From an uncultured Burkholderiales Genera incertae sedis bacterium (lineage in GTDB: Bacteria; Pseudomonadota; Gammaproteobacteria; Burkholderiales; Eutrophovitaceae): a stretch of DNA of 39,453 bases. The first letter of the stretch is position 1. Every line of letters starts with the position of its first letter. The notes under the pieces are model-generated. The model searched no databases. It saw only the letters and a list, made by a program, of their open reading frames with translations, and was not told where the DNA came from. This document shows positions 37,665 to 39,453 of the stretch, piece after piece. A program made the position numbers and the translations under genes. The stretch is from positions 1 to 39,453 of the forward strand of contig CAJQMS010000075.1 in assembly GCA_905479505.1 (NCBI GenBank). Direction: 5' to 3'.

Positions 37665-38493
37665 AGCTTGTAATAGTCTTTTCCGTTCTTGGATAGCTCG
37701 TCACATGCTCACCATCGACAAGAAATCCGCGTGCATCAAATTGATGAAGTAACGTGTCACCCTCGCTTTTAAGCATTAGGATACACTTTGTGAGCGCATC
37801 TGCCATAACACAAGTGGGCGCCATGACAGAGGCAGAAACGCCGAAAGGCACGGCACGTCCTGTCCGAGGATCTAGAACGGCTCCAGATTGGTTATAACTT
37901 TTTTCATCATGATAAATAGCGCTAGTGGCGAACGCGGCATCTTTCAATTCTAACGATACGACCGATTCACTTGGCCGCAATGGATGGCGCACGAAGATGG
38001 GATGAGGCGCACCAAAAACTCTGATATCGCCCCCGGCATTGACGTACCCAGAAGGAGTGGACTGACTCTGTAAATATTCAACTGCCTGATCAACCGCATA
38101 ACCTTTCGCGATTCCTCCGAGATCAATCGAACCGGCAGCCACTCGGCAAACTTTTCTCTCATCCATCAACTTGAGAATACGACCGTTATTCTTTTGAGCA
38201 GCAGAGATACTGAATACGCCGCGACTGAGAGCTGTGAGATGTTCGGATAATTGCAAGATAGACCAAAGTTGCTGCGAAACCACTAAAGATCCGTTCATTT
38301 CTAAATCATTAATTTGCGAAACTTCACTTTGTTTATCAAACCGACTCATGGCGCGTTCTATGTTTTCAATTTTGAGGAAGGACTCGGAAATCAATTCCTG
38401 CGCCTCCGCCGCCTCAGTGTCGCTAACTCCGATTTCCACCACCGTACCCAGTAGAGGACGTGCCCGCTTATTGACTTTTGAGGTAAACGTCAT
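37654..38493 (-). CDS. apbE: FAD:protein FMN transferase (ApbE family)
   Basis: The N-terminal PLLGTVVEI matches the ApbE MGT-type opening. GGIAKGYAVDQA and NAGGDIRV are the flavin-binding and catalytic signatures. The start overlaps the upstream FMN-bind gene by 26 nt. Confidence 0.85.
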   Translation of the reverse strand: MTFTSKVNKRARPLLGTVVEIGVSDTEAAEAQELISESFLKIENIERAMSRFDKQSEVSQINDLEMNGSLVVSQQLWSILQLSEHLTALSRGVFSISAAQKNNGRILKLMDERKVCRVAAGSIDLGGIAKGYAVDQAVEYLQSQSTPSGYVNAGGDIRVFGAPHPIFVRHPLRPSESVVSLELKDAAFATSAIYHDEKSYNQSGAVLDPRTGRAVPFGVSASVMAPTCVMADALTKCILMLKSEGDTLLHQFDARGFLVDGEHVTSYPRTEKTITSYAN

Positions 38494-39016
38494 AAGTTGC
38501 CAACACCCGGTTAACCCCCTCGGTTATGTGTCGGCAAGACATTGTTGCTCCAGAGATATTCTTAATTTCTTCCCCTAAATCTAACTGTGAGCCCGGCTTA
38601 CTGCCCACAAACTGCGCTCGCCAACGCGGGTTACGAATTTCATACCCATAGCTCTCACGGTAGACCAAAATCTCAATTTGCCTAACCTCTCCTGAAGGAC
38701 TTAACGCTAACGCATAAGTTATGTACTCATGCTTACCTATCACCTCATCCACAATAAAATAGCCCGACACCTCGCCCCCATCAAACACCGTCCACGTGGG
38801 TAGGGTTCGTCGATCAACTTTCACGCCGGAAGCCGCCTTTATCGCTTTTTTTGCGGCGCTATTGATTTTGATATCAGACTTTTCGAACGAAGCAGACTCG
38901 CCGAACATGAGCTTTTGAGCCTGCTCAACAGTTAGATACTCGGCCGCTTGAACCTGTCCGGCGACCGCAACAGCTGCCACGGGAATTCCAATTAACTTGA
39001 ACCAGTCATTATTCAT
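38468..39016 (-). CDS. Exported FMN-binding-domain protein (NqrC/RnfG/NosR-type, predicted covalent flavinylation substrate)
   Basis: Signal peptide MNNDWFKLIGIPVAAVAVAGQVQA. The C-terminal NISGATMSC contains the S-G-A-T flavinylation motif that ApbE enzymes target in NqrC/RnfG. Confidence 0.8.
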   Translation of the reverse strand: MNNDWFKLIGIPVAAVAVAGQVQAAEYLTVEQAQKLMFGESASFEKSDIKINSAAKKAIKAASGVKVDRRTLPTWTVFDGGEVSGYFIVDEVIGKHEYITYALALSPSGEVRQIEILVYRESYGYEIRNPRWRAQFVGSKPGSQLDLGEEIKNISGATMSCRHITEGVNRVLATYDVYLKSQ

Positions 39017-39029
39017 CTTGATTGGCGTA

Positions 39030-39453
39030 TCAGAGGGTTGTCGAGAGCACTACTTTACCAATCACACGCTTTTGAAGAAGCTCGTTAAGCGCCTCACCTG
39101 CTTGCTCAAGTGGATACACCTTATGAATGTGTGGTGATATTTTTCCCTGGTCAAAAAGATCCATCAGCTCTTGATTATTACTCTTATTAAGGTCTGGCTC
39201 ACGTTTCGTAAACTCACCCCAAAAAACACCAACTACCGAACACCCTTTGAGTAACGGTATGTTGAGGGGTACTTTCGGAATCTCACCAGCGGCGAAACCA
39301 ACAACCAGAAATCGTCCACCCCAACTCATATCCCGTATCGCTTTCTCAGAAAAGGACCCACCAACAGGGTCGTATATCACATCAACCCCGACCTTGCGTG
39401 ATTTCCTTCACACACTGGCGTAAATCGTCCTCCGCGTAATTGATTAAGTGATC
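39030..39453 (-). CDS. NADPH:quinone oxidoreductase / zeta-crystallin-like MDR protein; 5' end beyond the right window edge
   Basis: The frame stays open to the window end (DHLINYAEDDLRQCVKEITQGRGVDVIYDPVGGSF...), so the track's Met at 39380 is internal. The C-terminal GKISPHIHKVYPLEQAGEALNELLQKRVIGKVVL is typical of Qor-type MDRs. Confidence 0.8.

Overview
Gene-dense, chromosomal-looking bacterial segment with about 38 CDS on both strands. It is moderately AT-rich. Gene content suggests a marine gammaproteobacterium, but that is inference only. I recognised no rRNA, tRNA, CRISPR array, transposase, integrase or prophage block, and no transcription-factor gene. Most of the window is ordinary catabolism, transport and housekeeping: two AMP-forming acyl-CoA ligases, a family III CoA-transferase, four SDRs, a crotonase, an amidase, an SMP-30 lactonase, a haloalkane dehalogenase, dadA, an M20 deacylase, an IlvD/Edd dehydratase, a TAXI-type TRAP transporter, TerB- and TerC-family proteins, infA and rlmJ. 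Both window edges cut genes that the ORF track misses or truncates: a giant tandem-duplicated UvrA-like ATPase (1..4435, minus strand) and a quinone oxidoreductase (39030..39453, minus strand). Five things stand out. (1) A tightly packed four-gene minus-strand operon at 8326..11086 encodes a cpYpsA/SLOG nucleotide-binding protein with a repeat-encoded disordered tail, a MazG-type pyrophosphohydrolase, an RlmJ-type N6-adenine methyltransferase and a RecE/Cas4-like PD-(D/E)XK nuclease. It sits behind the only large ORF-poor region of the window (11087..11585). This is my best candidate for an undescribed nucleotide-centric modification or conflict module, but housekeeping coincidence cannot be excluded from sequence alone. 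(2) An overlapping FMN-bind / ApbE flavin transferase / His-rich 4-TM membrane protein module lies at 37221..39016. (3) An exported ChaN(Tiki-fold)-PDZ protein abuts an exported M1 metallopeptidase. (4) The duplicated UvrA paralogue is divergent from a TerB gene. (5) A sirtuin is packed into a crotonase-dehalogenase-esterase operon. All functional calls come from motif recognition by eye; no database search was run.
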